Source of the DNA: Methanobacteriota archaeon
GTDB lineage: Archaea > Thermoplasmatota > Poseidoniia > Poseidoniales > Poseidoniaceae
Assembly: GCA_018659375.1 (NCBI GenBank)
Contig: JABJMO010000064.1
Span: 3,876-67,875 of the forward strand
Reading direction: 5' to 3'
DNA length: 64,000 nt
Below, one piece after another: positions 40,385 to 51,185 of the stretch. A program made the position numbers and the translations under genes. Each line of letters starts with the position of its first letter. Position 1 is the stretch's first letter. The notes beneath the pieces were generated by a model that saw only the letters and a list, made by a program, of their open reading frames with translations, was not told the DNA's origin and did not search any database.

Positions 40385-42082
40385 TTAGTTATCGAATTCT
40401 GCTGCGCCCCATCGTCTATCCATCAATTTCCAAAGAACTGCTGAAGCGAATAACAAGAATGCCGATATCGACAGCATTCCAACGTATCCTTGCCTAACCA
40501 TGCCTTCATCGTACATCGAAGCGGTTGCCGCTAATCCATCCTCTGAGGCCCTCTCCCACCAATTACCATATAGTGAGACATCACCTTGAGTAAACGACAA
40601 CAGAAATAATCCGAGGAGAGGCAATACGGTCCCTATCCAAAACCAGATCATAATTGATGCATCAAAGATGGCTTTGTTAGGCCTTAGGCCCATAAGAAAT
40701 GCAGTTAATGCGACAATGTAAATGGAGTTGGCAAACATTACAATTATGCTTGTGGGCAGGGATGTCCATTCATCTAAACGCCAGGCCATCAAGATGATGA
40801 ATATCAATGATATCCAAGAAGTTATTATGAAGTATACCAGTACTTTAGCTCTTATTAATTGAGGCACTTTAACCGGCAAGCCGTTCATAAATTCCGGAGA
40901 GTCAAGTATTGTCAACCAAGAGTAGAAATTAAAACCAAAAAAGCCCAAAAACGGCGCATATGACAACAAATTAATGGGGATTGGCGCCTCAGCAAAATCG
41001 ATTAGCCAAGCCATACCTAACAGCACTGCAAGCGGTATTGAGTAAGATACAACCATCTTTTTGATCGAGCCTGAGCGGAATAAATCAACAAATTCTTTGG
41101 CGACTATTATCCTTATTTCCCCACGGCCCAAAAAGGAAAGTCTGCCATACATTGGCCGAAATAAGTCCCCCTTTTCTACAACGCTTACATCAAAATCGTC
41201 AATTATTAGCATCGATGAAAAATAACCCAATCCAATGCATGAAACAAATCCAATAAGACCGATTAACACATTCTTTTCTGTTTGAATTTGTAATCCTATG
41301 AGAATAAACTCAATATCAATTGCGCCAACTCCAACAATTATACCAAATAGGATTACTGAGAGGGGACCGAAGATAGTGAAAGGTCTACCTCGCATCCACA
41401 ATGCTGATGCTAAAAAGGAAAGCACCAATCCCTGGGCTAAAGTAACTACCATGGCAAACCAAGTCCAAGGCAAACTGGAGTATTCCAGCGGTGTTGTTAT
41501 ACCGAACAAAGTGTCTAATCCCTTGCCAAGGCCCATTCCTAAGATGATTGGTGATAAAATCAACATAACATAAAACACCAAGTCTTTGACAAAATAAGCA
41601 AAGTGAGCCATTGAATTAGGCAGCGGCTGTAAAGCGGGAGAAGCCAATAAATGATTCTTTGATGCAGTCCTTCTCACTAGAGCATCCCGGCCCATGAAAG
41701 CAAATGTGCCCATCCCAAGACTGAACATCAATAATGGTAGATGAAGCCCAAAACGTAACTCTTGCCAAGTAAAACTGTTAACGCTAGTCTCGCTAGTTTG
41801 TGCAGCAGAATCACCAACTAGAAATTGCAAACCAATGGTGGAAACCATGGTGACTAAAGCGAGTAGTAACGGAAATAGGACCATTTGCCTAGCCTTAGCG
41901 AACTCTACATTTTTACGGAATTCTTCTTTGTACATTACTTTAAATGTGGCCAAGAAAGCTGACACACCCCTAAGCGGAGTGAGTAATTTTTTACCCTCCG
42001 AAGTAGTACCCAGACTCTCCTCTGAAATATTGTCATCTAAAGTATCACTCCAACTTATTGAAGAAATAGATGCACCAGACAT
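40385..42082 (-). CDS. ABC transporter permease (multi-TM)
   Basis: More than 12 TM segments; directly downstream of the ABC ATPase. Confidence 0.75.
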   Translation of the reverse strand: MSGASISSISWSDTLDDNISEESLGTTSEGKKLLTPLRGVSAFLATFKVMYKEEFRKNVEFAKARQMVLFPLLLALVTMVSTIGLQFLVGDSAAQTSETSVNSFTWQELRFGLHLPLLMFSLGMGTFAFMGRDALVRRTASKNHLLASPALQPLPNSMAHFAYFVKDLVFYVMLILSPIILGMGLGKGLDTLFGITTPLEYSSLPWTWFAMVVTLAQGLVLSFLASALWMRGRPFTIFGPLSVILFGIIVGVGAIDIEFILIGLQIQTEKNVLIGLIGFVSCIGLGYFSSMLIIDDFDVSVVEKGDLFRPMYGRLSFLGRGEIRIIVAKEFVDLFRSGSIKKMVVSYSIPLAVLLGMAWLIDFAEAPIPINLLSYAPFLGFFGFNFYSWLTILDSPEFMNGLPVKVPQLIRAKVLVYFIITSWISLIFIILMAWRLDEWTSLPTSIIVMFANSIYIVALTAFLMGLRPNKAIFDASIMIWFWIGTVLPLLGLFLLSFTQGDVSLYGNWWERASEDGLAATASMYDEGMVRQGYVGMLSISAFLLFASAVLWKLMDRRWGAAEFDN

Positions 42083-42084
42083 TA

Positions 42085-42861
42085 CTATTCCTCTTCATTT
42101 TCCACATCTGTTGGAGAACTTTCAACATCTTCAATTGAACGACCCACTAATCGAATGAAAACATCTTCAAGTGTCTCCTCAATATTTTGCTTTAAACCTC
42201 TAACAGTGCCTGCTGCCAAAACCTTGCCATCGTTAATTATCGCCATTCTATTACACATTCTCTCCGCCATTTCAAGTACGTGCGAGCACAAAAATATCGT
42301 GCCCCCATCTTTGACATGAGATAATAACCACTCACGGCATTTACGCTGATAAATCGGATCTAAATTGGCAAATGGCTCATCTAAAAATAGCAACTTTGGT
42401 TTGTGGATGAAGGCAGATGCCAACATAACCTTTTGCCGCTGACCTTTGGATAAATCTTTACACATAGTATTACGCTTGTCCTCAAGGCCAAACCATTCCA
42501 TCCAGTATTCTACCTTGGCATCTACCTCGTCTAAATCTCTAAGTTTTGCAACAAATTGCAAAAACTCTACTGGTGTTAAATACGACGGAGGCGATTCAGA
42601 CTCGGGAACGATACCAATATTGGCTTTCACCTTTTGAGGGTGTTTAATCGCATCGATTCCTAAGATCTCAATTCGCCCTTTACTTGGTTTCAATTGACCG
42701 GTTAGCAATTTTATGAAAGTCGACTTACCTGCCCCATTCGGTCCAAAAACACCAAAAAATTCTCCCGAGTGAACTTCTACTTTCAACGGATGAAGAGCGA
42801 TGAAGTCACCATATTTCTTGGCCATGTCTACTGCTTTTACCAACGGAGCGGTTTCACTCAT
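42085..42861 (-). CDS. ABC transporter ATP-binding protein (ABC-2 type)
   Basis: GPNGAGKST, LSKGQRQ, LDEP, SH. Confidence 0.95.
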   Translation of the reverse strand: MSETAPLVKAVDMAKKYGDFIALHPLKVEVHSGEFFGVFGPNGAGKSTFIKLLTGQLKPSKGRIEILGIDAIKHPQKVKANIGIVPESESPPSYLTPVEFLQFVAKLRDLDEVDAKVEYWMEWFGLEDKRNTMCKDLSKGQRQKVMLASAFIHKPKLLFLDEPFANLDPIYQRKCREWLLSHVKDGGTIFLCSHVLEMAERMCNRMAIINDGKVLAAGTVRGLKQNIEETLEDVFIRLVGRSIEDVESSPTDVENEEE

Positions 42862-42946
42862 ATATCTTCTAGAATGTCCTATTCTATGTAATATTGGATT
42901 AAGCCATAATCGAATAAACCTTCAAGGTGATTGCCTTGGCAAGGTT

Positions 42947-43789
42947 ATGGACGCCCCTAAATCCGATGTTTTATCAATTGAAAAGGTAGCAGTAAGCGAC
43001 GAGGAAATTAACGGTTTTATCGCATTAGCAACCATTAATCGGCCAAATAAATTGAACGCCCTTAACTCTGAAGTGATGGAGGCACTGAAAAATTTCTGCA
43101 AGTGGGCAGAAGCAGACACCAGTATCAGGTGTGTTGTAATTACTGGAGCAAAACCACTGCAACCCGCAGAAGGGAAGCGCCCCAAACCAAACGCCTTTGT
43201 TGCAGGTGCAGATATTTCTGAATTTGTTGATATGGATTCCAGGGCTGCCAAAATAAAATTTACCGATAATGCGGTGGAGGCTATTTGGAATTTAACCAAA
43301 CCAAGCATTGCTATGATTGATGGATTTGCGTTGGGCGGTGGCTGTGAAGTCGCTTGTTCATGTGATATTAGAATCGCCTCGAAGCGGTCTAAGTTTGGCA
43401 CACCTGAGATAAATTTAGGATTGATACCAGGATATGGAGCAACACAACGATTGAGTAAGTTAATCGGTTATGGAAAGACCCTAGAATTGATTATGACAGG
43501 TGAGATGGTTAGTGCTGAAGAAGCAGAAAAAATCGGGCTGATTAACCAAGTCTGTGCTAATGAAGAATTATATGACATCACCATGAATATGGCGAATGTT
43601 ATTGCTAGTAAATCGGTATTTATTGCCAAAGCAGCCAAAAGAACGATTAGAGCTTCGTTGAATAACTCATTAGATGAAGGTGTAGCAATAGAAGCAGACG
43701 AATTTGCCAAGTTATTCGATAGTGATGACAAGGTGGAGGGCGTGAAGTCATTCATGGCAAGAACTAAGCCAAATTGGCGTGATAGTTGA
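42947..43789 (+). CDS. Enoyl-CoA hydratase (crotonase)
   Basis: NRPNKLNALN, FVAGADI, GGGCE, FGTPE..LG.IPG.G.TQRL. Confidence 0.9.
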   Translation: MDAPKSDVLSIEKVAVSDEEINGFIALATINRPNKLNALNSEVMEALKNFCKWAEADTSIRCVVITGAKPLQPAEGKRPKPNAFVAGADISEFVDMDSRAAKIKFTDNAVEAIWNLTKPSIAMIDGFALGGGCEVACSCDIRIASKRSKFGTPEINLGLIPGYGATQRLSKLIGYGKTLELIMTGEMVSAEEAEKIGLINQVCANEELYDITMNMANVIASKSVFIAKAAKRTIRASLNNSLDEGVAIEADEFAKLFDSDDKVEGVKSFMARTKPNWRDS

Positions 43790-43790
43790 T

Positions 43791-44504
43791 TCAAAATCCA
43801 ATCACTAAATGCCAAGCAATCGAAAATACTGCCACATCACACATAGCGTGAGCAAGCCAAGGAATCCAAATGCTTCTAGTAGTCATGTAGAGCCAAGAAA
43901 AAATTATTCCGCCTATAAATAATCCAAGTGAGCATAGGAAGTTACCCAACGGACTGATGAAATATGATAAGGCAATAGTATGATGAATTGTAAAAATCAA
44001 AGCAGAGATGATAATCGGTAGCCAATAACCACCAATAAGCTGTTCTAATTTAGTGGTCAAGAACCATCTGAAAAGATATTCTTCAAGGACTGAATTAATG
44101 AATATCCAATAAATTATTGCGACAAAAAATATCTTTTTATTGGTTAATCCAACAGGCTCTAGAATCGATTTTAAGTCACTTGAACTCAATAATTTTTCAC
44201 CAAGTAAAAAATACGCAGCATAAATAACCACACACATTGAAAAACCCAGCAAAGCGGATATTTTCCAACCCCCTGAATTAGTAGGTGAGTATGATACGGA
44301 CCTCTTTTCAACGATTAAATGCCAAACTGCTGGAAGGCCAAACATCCAAATTTTGGTTATAAAAAATACGATTATTGCCAACACTCCAGCTTGGTATACA
44401 AATCCTGTCACAACCGAAATTGTTGGTGCTATTGCAGCAAGCGTAAACCCGAGTAGAGCCAATTTTAGGTTATTGTCTACTACCTTAGAATGGCTTTCAA
44501 CCAT
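43791..44504 (-). CDS. CPBP (Abi/CAAX) intramembrane metalloprotease
   Basis: EEYLFR, F..HH, H...D motifs; multiple TM segments. Confidence 0.88.
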   Translation of the reverse strand: MVESHSKVVDNNLKLALLGFTLAAIAPTISVVTGFVYQAGVLAIIVFFITKIWMFGLPAVWHLIVEKRSVSYSPTNSGGWKISALLGFSMCVVIYAAYFLLGEKLLSSSDLKSILEPVGLTNKKIFFVAIIYWIFINSVLEEYLFRWFLTTKLEQLIGGYWLPIIISALIFTIHHTIALSYFISPLGNFLCSLGLFIGGIIFSWLYMTTRSIWIPWLAHAMCDVAVFSIAWHLVIGF

Positions 44505-44508
44505 TATC

Positions 44509-45417
44509 TCAATCCTCATCCATTTGCATTTTTAGTGCTGCTAGGGCATCACTAGCATTGGGATTAGGTAACGGTGGTAATGGCATGGAACCATCTGGTA
44601 GTGGAGGCAAGGGCATTCCAGCAAGACCCGGTAATTCAGGTAGTTTTACTTTCTTTTCTACCTCTTCAAACCCAGAATCTAACGGTGTTCTCAATTTCAA
44701 AATACTGGTTTCATCCAATCTGATAAATGTGGCACCATAGACATGCCCGGCCTGTGGTTTAAGTGGTTCTTCCAAGATATTTTGACCATGATTGGGGTTT
44801 TGTAAAACTCCGACAAGATCTTCTCCTTCGTTGTGTTGTTCCCACATTTTTACAGTAGATGCACGGATTTCAGCAAGTTGGTTTCTTCTTCGCTTTTCTA
44901 TACGTTCCCTAATTACTTGATGTTGTACTCGACGGTTTGATACTGTTAGTTCTATATCTGCGTCTTCAACTGATTCAGGGCTGACCTCAACTACATATTC
45001 ATCAGCTTGGTGTATATTTTCAACAGATACTTGAACTTCAGTAAGTTCTTCACCGTCTTGTCGAGGCGTCTCTGCTTCAACTTCTGCTGCTTTTATTTTT
45101 GCTAACTTTCGTTGTTTCAAGGACACTCCGTCTAAACTTTCTTCTTGTTTGACGGGCAGAGGTATGTCTGATTCCGATGATTCCGCTTCAGCCAAATCAT
45201 CGCTTAGAACTAAATCTTCTGCGTCACCTTGAGCTACTAAATTATGAGTTTGTGCATTTACAGGACTGTTTCCGATGAGCACCCATGTACTGGCTGAGGC
45301 GAACGTCAAGCCAATCAAAATCCATTTCCCGTCGTCTGATAAACTCGAGGCAGATGTTAGATAAAACAAACCTGCACTAAGGGCAACAAGCCCACACATT
45401 GTTCGTAGAAATCCCAT
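44509..45417 (-). CDS. Hypothetical membrane-anchored acidic protein with Pro-rich tail
   Basis: 2 N-terminal TM segments; C-terminal LPPLP repeats. Confidence 0.65.
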   Translation of the reverse strand: MGFLRTMCGLVALSAGLFYLTSASSLSDDGKWILIGLTFASASTWVLIGNSPVNAQTHNLVAQGDAEDLVLSDDLAEAESSESDIPLPVKQEESLDGVSLKQRKLAKIKAAEVEAETPRQDGEELTEVQVSVENIHQADEYVVEVSPESVEDADIELTVSNRRVQHQVIRERIEKRRRNQLAEIRASTVKMWEQHNEGEDLVGVLQNPNHGQNILEEPLKPQAGHVYGATFIRLDETSILKLRTPLDSGFEEVEKKVKLPELPGLAGMPLPPLPDGSMPLPPLPNPNASDALAALKMQMDED

Positions 45418-45447
45418 GTCCCTCGTCTCATTCCAATTGGTTCTAAT

Positions 45448-46116
45448 TTATGATGCTGATGGCATTTGGTTGAATAAGTCGATTAAAGCCTTAGTTCTGT
45501 GACTGAACTTTTGTTTGATTTCAGAGTCAACACCACCGAATGTTTTGCCGTGTGTACTAAACTCTCCGTAATTACCGGGACTTAGCGGGTTTAATTCTGC
45601 ATCTAAATCGTATGGAATAAAAATTGGATCATATCCAAATCCATTACCTTCCATTGCCTCCAGTGAGATATGTCCTGGACAAATACCCTCGCCAATAATA
45701 ACTTCACCATTTTTCCACAAAGCGGCAATTGCCTTGAAGTGGGCAGAGCGTAAATTAGCCGAGGAAACTGGATCTGCTGAATTAAGATGAGATAGTAATC
45801 TTAGCATTCCAGCATTACCAATAGTTGAATGAGCGAAGGATGAGTAAACCCCGGGAAAGCCATGGAGGGCATCAACAAATAATCCTGCATCCTCTACTAA
45901 GATCATATCTCCATCACTAAAATCACGTGGAATAAAGTTCATTGCTTGATTGATTTTTGATTTCGCCACTGTAATTAAATTTTCAGCCTGCGGTTCATAA
46001 ATCAACTCTTGATCAACGGTTAATTGTCTGACTGAGTAACCTATTTGTTTCAAATGATGTTCTGCCTCAGCTAACTTACCTTGATTAGTAGTCAAAAACC
46101 AAACGGTATTGCTCAT
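45448..46116 (-). CDS. rdgB: Non-canonical purine NTP pyrophosphatase (HAM1/RdgB)
   Basis: TTNQGK..E, EDAGL, GFPGVYS, FGYDPIF, SHR. Confidence 0.92.
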   Translation of the reverse strand: MSNTVWFLTTNQGKLAEAEHHLKQIGYSVRQLTVDQELIYEPQAENLITVAKSKINQAMNFIPRDFSDGDMILVEDAGLFVDALHGFPGVYSSFAHSTIGNAGMLRLLSHLNSADPVSSANLRSAHFKAIAALWKNGEVIIGEGICPGHISLEAMEGNGFGYDPIFIPYDLDAELNPLSPGNYGEFSTHGKTFGGVDSEIKQKFSHRTKALIDLFNQMPSAS

Positions 46117-46218
46117 GACGGTGCTAGGACCGTCAAGTTATCATGTCTATCGGTTAAACACTAAATTCAAACTAATAACAACGGATAATTTAACACTACA
46201 ACAAGATTGGAAAAAAAC

Positions 46219-46593
46219 ATGCTTCAACATATTGCAATTGTATCTCTTGGCGGTGCCATCGGAGCCGCCTTACGTTTCGCCATCGGGCAGTTACTTGATT
46301 CTGCAGACTTCCCATGGTCGACATTTATTGTTAATGTACTCGGTTCTGTATTACTTGGAGCGATTACAGTCTATGCCATAAACCGAGGTTCATCAGAAGA
46401 GTTTATGCTATTTTTTAGCACGGGTTTACTTGGAGCATTTACCACAATGTCAACATTTTCAGTAGAAACTATCAAATTGATTAAAACTGACGAACATTTT
46501 ACCGCTTTGGCATACATCATGCTAACTTTTTCAGTCTGCATAATCGGAGCATTTCTCGGATGGGAAATTGGCGAACGATTGGAAAATATCTAA
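46219..46593 (+). CDS. crcB: Fluoride channel CrcB/Fluc
   Basis: GGAIGAALRF, FPWSTF.VN, TGLLGAFTTMSTF. Confidence 0.92.
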   Translation: MLQHIAIVSLGGAIGAALRFAIGQLLDSADFPWSTFIVNVLGSVLLGAITVYAINRGSSEEFMLFFSTGLLGAFTTMSTFSVETIKLIKTDEHFTALAYIMLTFSVCIIGAFLGWEIGERLENI

Positions 46594-46684
46594 AATCACT
46601 ACATTAGTTTATTAATGCAGAATCATAGGTATATCCGTGTACGGAGCCATGGAAAAGTTTAGTGCACCCTAAAGAGTTGAGACA

Positions 46685-47098
46685 ATGAGTGACCTGATAA
46701 ATAAGATGAATATCGCCCTAAGTTGGGAACTAAGAGCCAGTAACATGTATGCGCATTACTCAGCGAACATCAAAGGAATACATAGATTACAGTTGTCTCC
46801 GATGTTTAACACAGAAATGACCGAGTCTATCCAACACGCGGACATAGTAAGAAAGGCAATTGTACAACTTGGTGGGATACCAGTGACAGAAAGAAACTCG
46901 CACCCAATAACCCACACTAATGACTACTTGGAAATGTTAAATTATTCACTGGAAACCGAAATAAAAGCTGCTGAAGTTTATGAAGAACTAATCGAGTTAA
47001 TCGAAGACAACGCTGAAGAAGACCTTCGAGATGCTATCGAACAGATTTATTTGTCGGAATTAAGAAGTGTAGAAGAAATGCGTTTGTTAGTCGGTTGA
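46685..47098 (+). CDS. Ferritin-like / bacterioferritin-family protein
   Basis: E..A..MY, E..HA, LGG.P, E..A..Y four-helix ligand pattern. Confidence 0.78.
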   Translation: MSDLINKMNIALSWELRASNMYAHYSANIKGIHRLQLSPMFNTEMTESIQHADIVRKAIVQLGGIPVTERNSHPITHTNDYLEMLNYSLETEIKAAEVYEELIELIEDNAEEDLRDAIEQIYLSELRSVEEMRLLVG

Positions 47099-47099
47099 A

Positions 47100-47783
47100 T
47101 CATCCGTGATATCTAACCCTTGAACGTACATCATCTAAACGTTTCAAGACTTCTTTTGCAGTCGGCGGTGTACCGCCAGAAAGTTCCGCTAACGGCCCTT
47201 GATTACCATCCCACTGTAGATATCCATGAATGAAATTCTCAATACCATTGGCAATATTTGGGTGAGATGCCCCAAGTATCTCATCCATTACGTGTAAGTC
47301 AATACCAAAACGTTCAACTTCATATTCTACAGCCGAGAGGCCAAAATCGATTAGATATGCATTGGCGTTCTTGTCGATTAAAATATTGTTGGTCGACAGG
47401 TCACCATGAGTGATTGCCATCCTGTGCAACATCCTAACTGCCTTTCCAGAATTTTCTAGTGCTGTTTTGATAAAATCAGAATTCGATTTTTCATCTCTTA
47501 ACACCTCAATTAATGGTTTTCCTTGCATTTTTTGCATTATTATTCGGCCATTAGCTAAATCAACATCCCATACTGCAGGTACAGGCATCCCAGTACTATG
47601 AATCCTGATTAAAATACGAACTTCACTAAGCATCCTTCGATAGCCTAAGCGGCGTTCAATATCTGGGTGGCGCCATGCCCTATTACGACGCATCTTCTTG
47701 ATCGCCGGCCTACCCATCCATGTCCCAGACCATACTTCAGCCTCAGCTCCCAAGTGCAAGCGCAACTCTGGTTGGAAGACCAT
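47100..47783 (-). CDS. bud32: KEOPS complex kinase Bud32
   Basis: GAEA, K.R...WRHP, HGDLSTNN, IDFGL. Confidence 0.9.
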   Translation of the reverse strand: MVFQPELRLHLGAEAEVWSGTWMGRPAIKKMRRNRAWRHPDIERRLGYRRMLSEVRILIRIHSTGMPVPAVWDVDLANGRIIMQKMQGKPLIEVLRDEKSNSDFIKTALENSGKAVRMLHRMAITHGDLSTNNILIDKNANAYLIDFGLSAVEYEVERFGIDLHVMDEILGASHPNIANGIENFIHGYLQWDGNQGPLAELSGGTPPTAKEVLKRLDDVRSRVRYHG

Positions 47784-47903
47784 GGGTCCCGCTCAATGCC
47801 CTTACTTATTTATATCACGCACTCACAATTGTTGAAAAAGGGATAACTGTTGGGTTACCTGAGTCATATGACGATTACCCTGCCAATGTGCTCCATAGAT
47901 TTC

Positions 47904-49022
47904 ATGGACACCTCTCTTTCCCCTGAGGAGCAAGCAATTGCTGAGAGAATTACTGAACTAAGGAAACGACTCGGTTCAGACTTGATGATTTTAGGCCATC
48001 ACTATCAAAGAGACAGCATAGTTATGCACGCTGATTTTATCGGTGATTCGTTTATGTTAAGTCAAAAAGCGGCAGATTCAACTGCCAAATACATTGTATT
48101 TTGTGGAGTGCATTTTATGGCAGAATCTGCCGACATATTGACAAATGAACAACAACATGTAATTCTCCCAAATTTAAGGGCAGGGTGCTCAATGGCAGAC
48201 ATGGCCACATTAGTTGATGTTGAAGAGGCATGGGCCGAGATTTTAACTGAAACAAATCTTAGCGATCCTATCGATAGAACTGCTCCTGGCGAGATTCCCA
48301 CTGATGGAAAATCATATCTTATTCCAGTAACCTACATGAACAGTAGTGCTGACTTGAAAGATTTCGTTGGACGTCATGGTGGAATAGTTTGCACATCATC
48401 CAATGCAACTGGAATACTAAATTGGGCCTTTGATCGTGCTGGCCCAAACGGAACAGTGTTATTCTTCCCAGATCAACACCTTGGCCGCAACACAGGAATA
48501 AAGATGGGAATAAGTGAACAAGTGATGCCAACATGGATTCCGAAAATCGGTGCTGATTCGAGTCTTAATGATGCCAAAATAATTCTATGGCACGGCTTTT
48601 GTTCAGTGCACAAAAGGTTCACTGTTGAGCAGGTAGATGAATTCCGTAACAGACACCCAGATGGACTTGTCGTTGTCCATCCTGAATGCCCCAAAGAGAC
48701 TGTCGAAGTCAGCGATGCAAATGGCTCTACACAATTTATCAAAAATTATGTTGAACAACAGCCGGCAGGCGCAAAAATAGCTATTGGCACTGAAATAAAT
48801 ATGGTTGCTAGGCTAGCGGATTCTAATCCCGATAAAATAATCGAATGCCTCGATGATAAAGTCTGTCCTTGTTCCACAATGTACATGATTCATCCCGCTT
48901 ACTTAATGGATGTATTAGAACGAATTGTTGATGGAGAAGTACCAAATCAAATTAGTGTATCCAAATCTGTTGAAGAAGGATCTTTACTAGCGCTTGAAAG
49001 AATGCTAAGTATCAAGAAATAA
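47904..49022 (+). CDS. nadA: Quinolinate synthase
   Basis: GHHYQR, FCGVHFMAE, AGCSMA, YMNSSA, CTSSN, PDQHLG, CSVH, HPEC, CPC.TM. Confidence 0.95.
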   Translation: MDTSLSPEEQAIAERITELRKRLGSDLMILGHHYQRDSIVMHADFIGDSFMLSQKAADSTAKYIVFCGVHFMAESADILTNEQQHVILPNLRAGCSMADMATLVDVEEAWAEILTETNLSDPIDRTAPGEIPTDGKSYLIPVTYMNSSADLKDFVGRHGGIVCTSSNATGILNWAFDRAGPNGTVLFFPDQHLGRNTGIKMGISEQVMPTWIPKIGADSSLNDAKIILWHGFCSVHKRFTVEQVDEFRNRHPDGLVVVHPECPKETVEVSDANGSTQFIKNYVEQQPAGAKIAIGTEINMVARLADSNPDKIIECLDDKVCPCSTMYMIHPAYLMDVLERIVDGEVPNQISVSKSVEEGSLLALERMLSIKK

Positions 49023-49023
49023 T

Positions 49024-51102
49024 CTATTCCTCTTCTGATTGGAATTTACTATTTTTTATTTCTGTTTGCCTTTGATTTATGTAAGCAAATACGAGTATGA
49101 TGCCAATTACTGAACCTGATTGTAAGATTATATTCGAATATGACTTTAACTCAGGCTCCCAAGTATGAACTTGAATTATTACCCCGTCATTGGACTCTTC
49201 AAAGTATACCAAATGGTCTTCCAAAACTATTGGGCCCCACTGATCCACCTCATCTGCAGTAAGTACATGGGTAAAATTATCAGCAATTTCCATGTAGAAT
49301 ATTTCTCCATCAAAGTATTCTTCAATCGGACTTGATGGATTTAGATGATCTTTCATCGCCCACGCAACGATACCGTCCCGGATTGATGGGTCATATGACG
49401 AATATTTACCATCACCAAGCAGACGATAATCGGTAGACTCTCTATCAACTAAGACAATTCTATCTACTGATGAAACATTGACACTTACCAGTAAGTGAGA
49501 TTTGTCGAATACGATGTTGGTAATTGTGGCATTCTGGAGATCAACTGGTGTATCCCAATCGGCTAAAACTTGCTCAACCTCTTCATCTGCTGAAGCATTT
49601 ATTTGATAGGATAAGGCGCCAGACAACTCAAGATTACTCATGAATACCTTGTCCGGGTGGTTTTCTGAAAGGTAAGCAAAATCATTGCCTTGGCAATTTA
49701 CGTAAGAGATATTGTTGACATCTATTGAAAGATCGATTGACTCTCCACCGAGGTTCTCTGCAGACAATGCACCGTCTTCTAAGGTGAGTAGCACATAATA
49801 TTCACCTAAGTCACACATCTCTATTTGTTCAATGCCATTAATTGACTTTTGATAGAATATTTCCTCTGGCGAAGTCACATCAATTACATACAGATCTGTG
49901 GCATTAGCCATTACTAATTTGTCACCTGAAATATGGTATATCGAATTAACCGATAAGTCAGGTTGAATTACTTCTATGCCATCTTTATCGAGTTCTGATA
50001 AATCATATAATTTTAGAACGGCACCAAATTCAGAGGTATTGTCTAATGTCGCTAGCCATCCATCTGCGCCACTAGCTCCTTCTGGAGCCTCAACACCTTT
50101 GGCTGAAAGTGACTGATGTGTCAAGTCCCAGGTGATAACAGAAGCCACAATTACTACCAAAATAACAGCCATAATACCTGTCTCTCTGGAAGTGGGCTTT
50201 AGAAAGGATTTAGCCGATTTAGCAACCTTTTGTGAAACTATTTTGTATGCTTTTTTAGGATTGGTAAGAACAGTGACAAGGCGAGAATTAATTGTTCTCT
50301 CATCCAATATGCTCCATATCGGCTTTGAGGTTTTATCGGCAAGATTAACCGCAATTGAGGCAATTATCATTCCCCCAGCAATATCCAAAATCCAGTGTAT
50401 TCCCAAATAAATAATGGTAAAGGCAGTCAACATAACATAAGAAAATACAATCTTACGATATAATTCCCATCTGTTATCATGGTCAAAGCGCTTCATACAT
50501 AGCCAAACGGCGTATGGAATACCGATGTGTAACGACGGCATGCAGTTGGTAAATGGGTCTATTCTCCTAAACCAATCGGCTATTTCTGGATTCAATGAGT
50601 AGGCTAAAGTCTTCATTTCGGGAATATAAGAACCGGTTACCCGGACATTGAAGAACAAGTAAAATGGGATGGCTAGGATGTAGACCCAGGCAATGGTTAG
50701 AGTAATTCTATCAGCCATCCAACGGTCATCAAAGTAAGCGAAGTAGAATACTGAAACATAACAAATGAACATGAATCCTGCAACGTAAAAATGAGTCAAC
50801 GTTATTGTAAGCCATTCGGCTTCAAAATATTGCTGAACATGTAAAACTAGATTACCTTCAATGGCATATATCCATGGCGTCATATCTAGTCCTGTTGAAG
50901 CCATCAAGATTCTATCAATTTCATCTAATGCATCCTTGGCGTTATAGATAGCGAATAGAATTAAGATATGAATCCAATATCTTCGAAAGAAGTCAACAAA
51001 TGTGGTTAGTTTTAATTCCATCCATTTGGGTTTAAACACTGGTAGTAATAGCACACCTAGAGCTAACGCAGTAATCATCCATGTGAGGTAAACTCCCTGC
51101 AT
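49024..51102 (-). CDS. PAP2 (Aur1/IPC-synthase-like) membrane enzyme fused to an extracellular beta-rich domain and a C-terminal TM
   Basis: NCMPSLH and YLGIHWILD catalytic motifs; TM; acidic beta-repeat region; terminal TM. Confidence 0.78.
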   Translation of the reverse strand: MQGVYLTWMITALALGVLLLPVFKPKWMELKLTTFVDFFRRYWIHILILFAIYNAKDALDEIDRILMASTGLDMTPWIYAIEGNLVLHVQQYFEAEWLTITLTHFYVAGFMFICYVSVFYFAYFDDRWMADRITLTIAWVYILAIPFYLFFNVRVTGSYIPEMKTLAYSLNPEIADWFRRIDPFTNCMPSLHIGIPYAVWLCMKRFDHDNRWELYRKIVFSYVMLTAFTIIYLGIHWILDIAGGMIIASIAVNLADKTSKPIWSILDERTINSRLVTVLTNPKKAYKIVSQKVAKSAKSFLKPTSRETGIMAVILVVIVASVITWDLTHQSLSAKGVEAPEGASGADGWLATLDNTSEFGAVLKLYDLSELDKDGIEVIQPDLSVNSIYHISGDKLVMANATDLYVIDVTSPEEIFYQKSINGIEQIEMCDLGEYYVLLTLEDGALSAENLGGESIDLSIDVNNISYVNCQGNDFAYLSENHPDKVFMSNLELSGALSYQINASADEEVEQVLADWDTPVDLQNATITNIVFDKSHLLVSVNVSSVDRIVLVDRESTDYRLLGDGKYSSYDPSIRDGIVAWAMKDHLNPSSPIEEYFDGEIFYMEIADNFTHVLTADEVDQWGPIVLEDHLVYFEESNDGVIIQVHTWEPELKSYSNIILQSGSVIGIILVFAYINQRQTEIKNSKFQSEEE

Positions 51103-51185
51103 AGTAGGTTCCTTCCAATTTACCGGTCGCCCAACTATACATCAAACCCTCGCCGTTTTATGGCCGGTTTAGTCATTTAGTGGCT

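Noticed and set aside
46117-46218. Fluoride riboswitch upstream of crcB
   Set aside because: A TGACGGT/ACCGTCA hairpin exists, but the GGCGAUG..UUCGCC / CURAUGAC consensus is absent.
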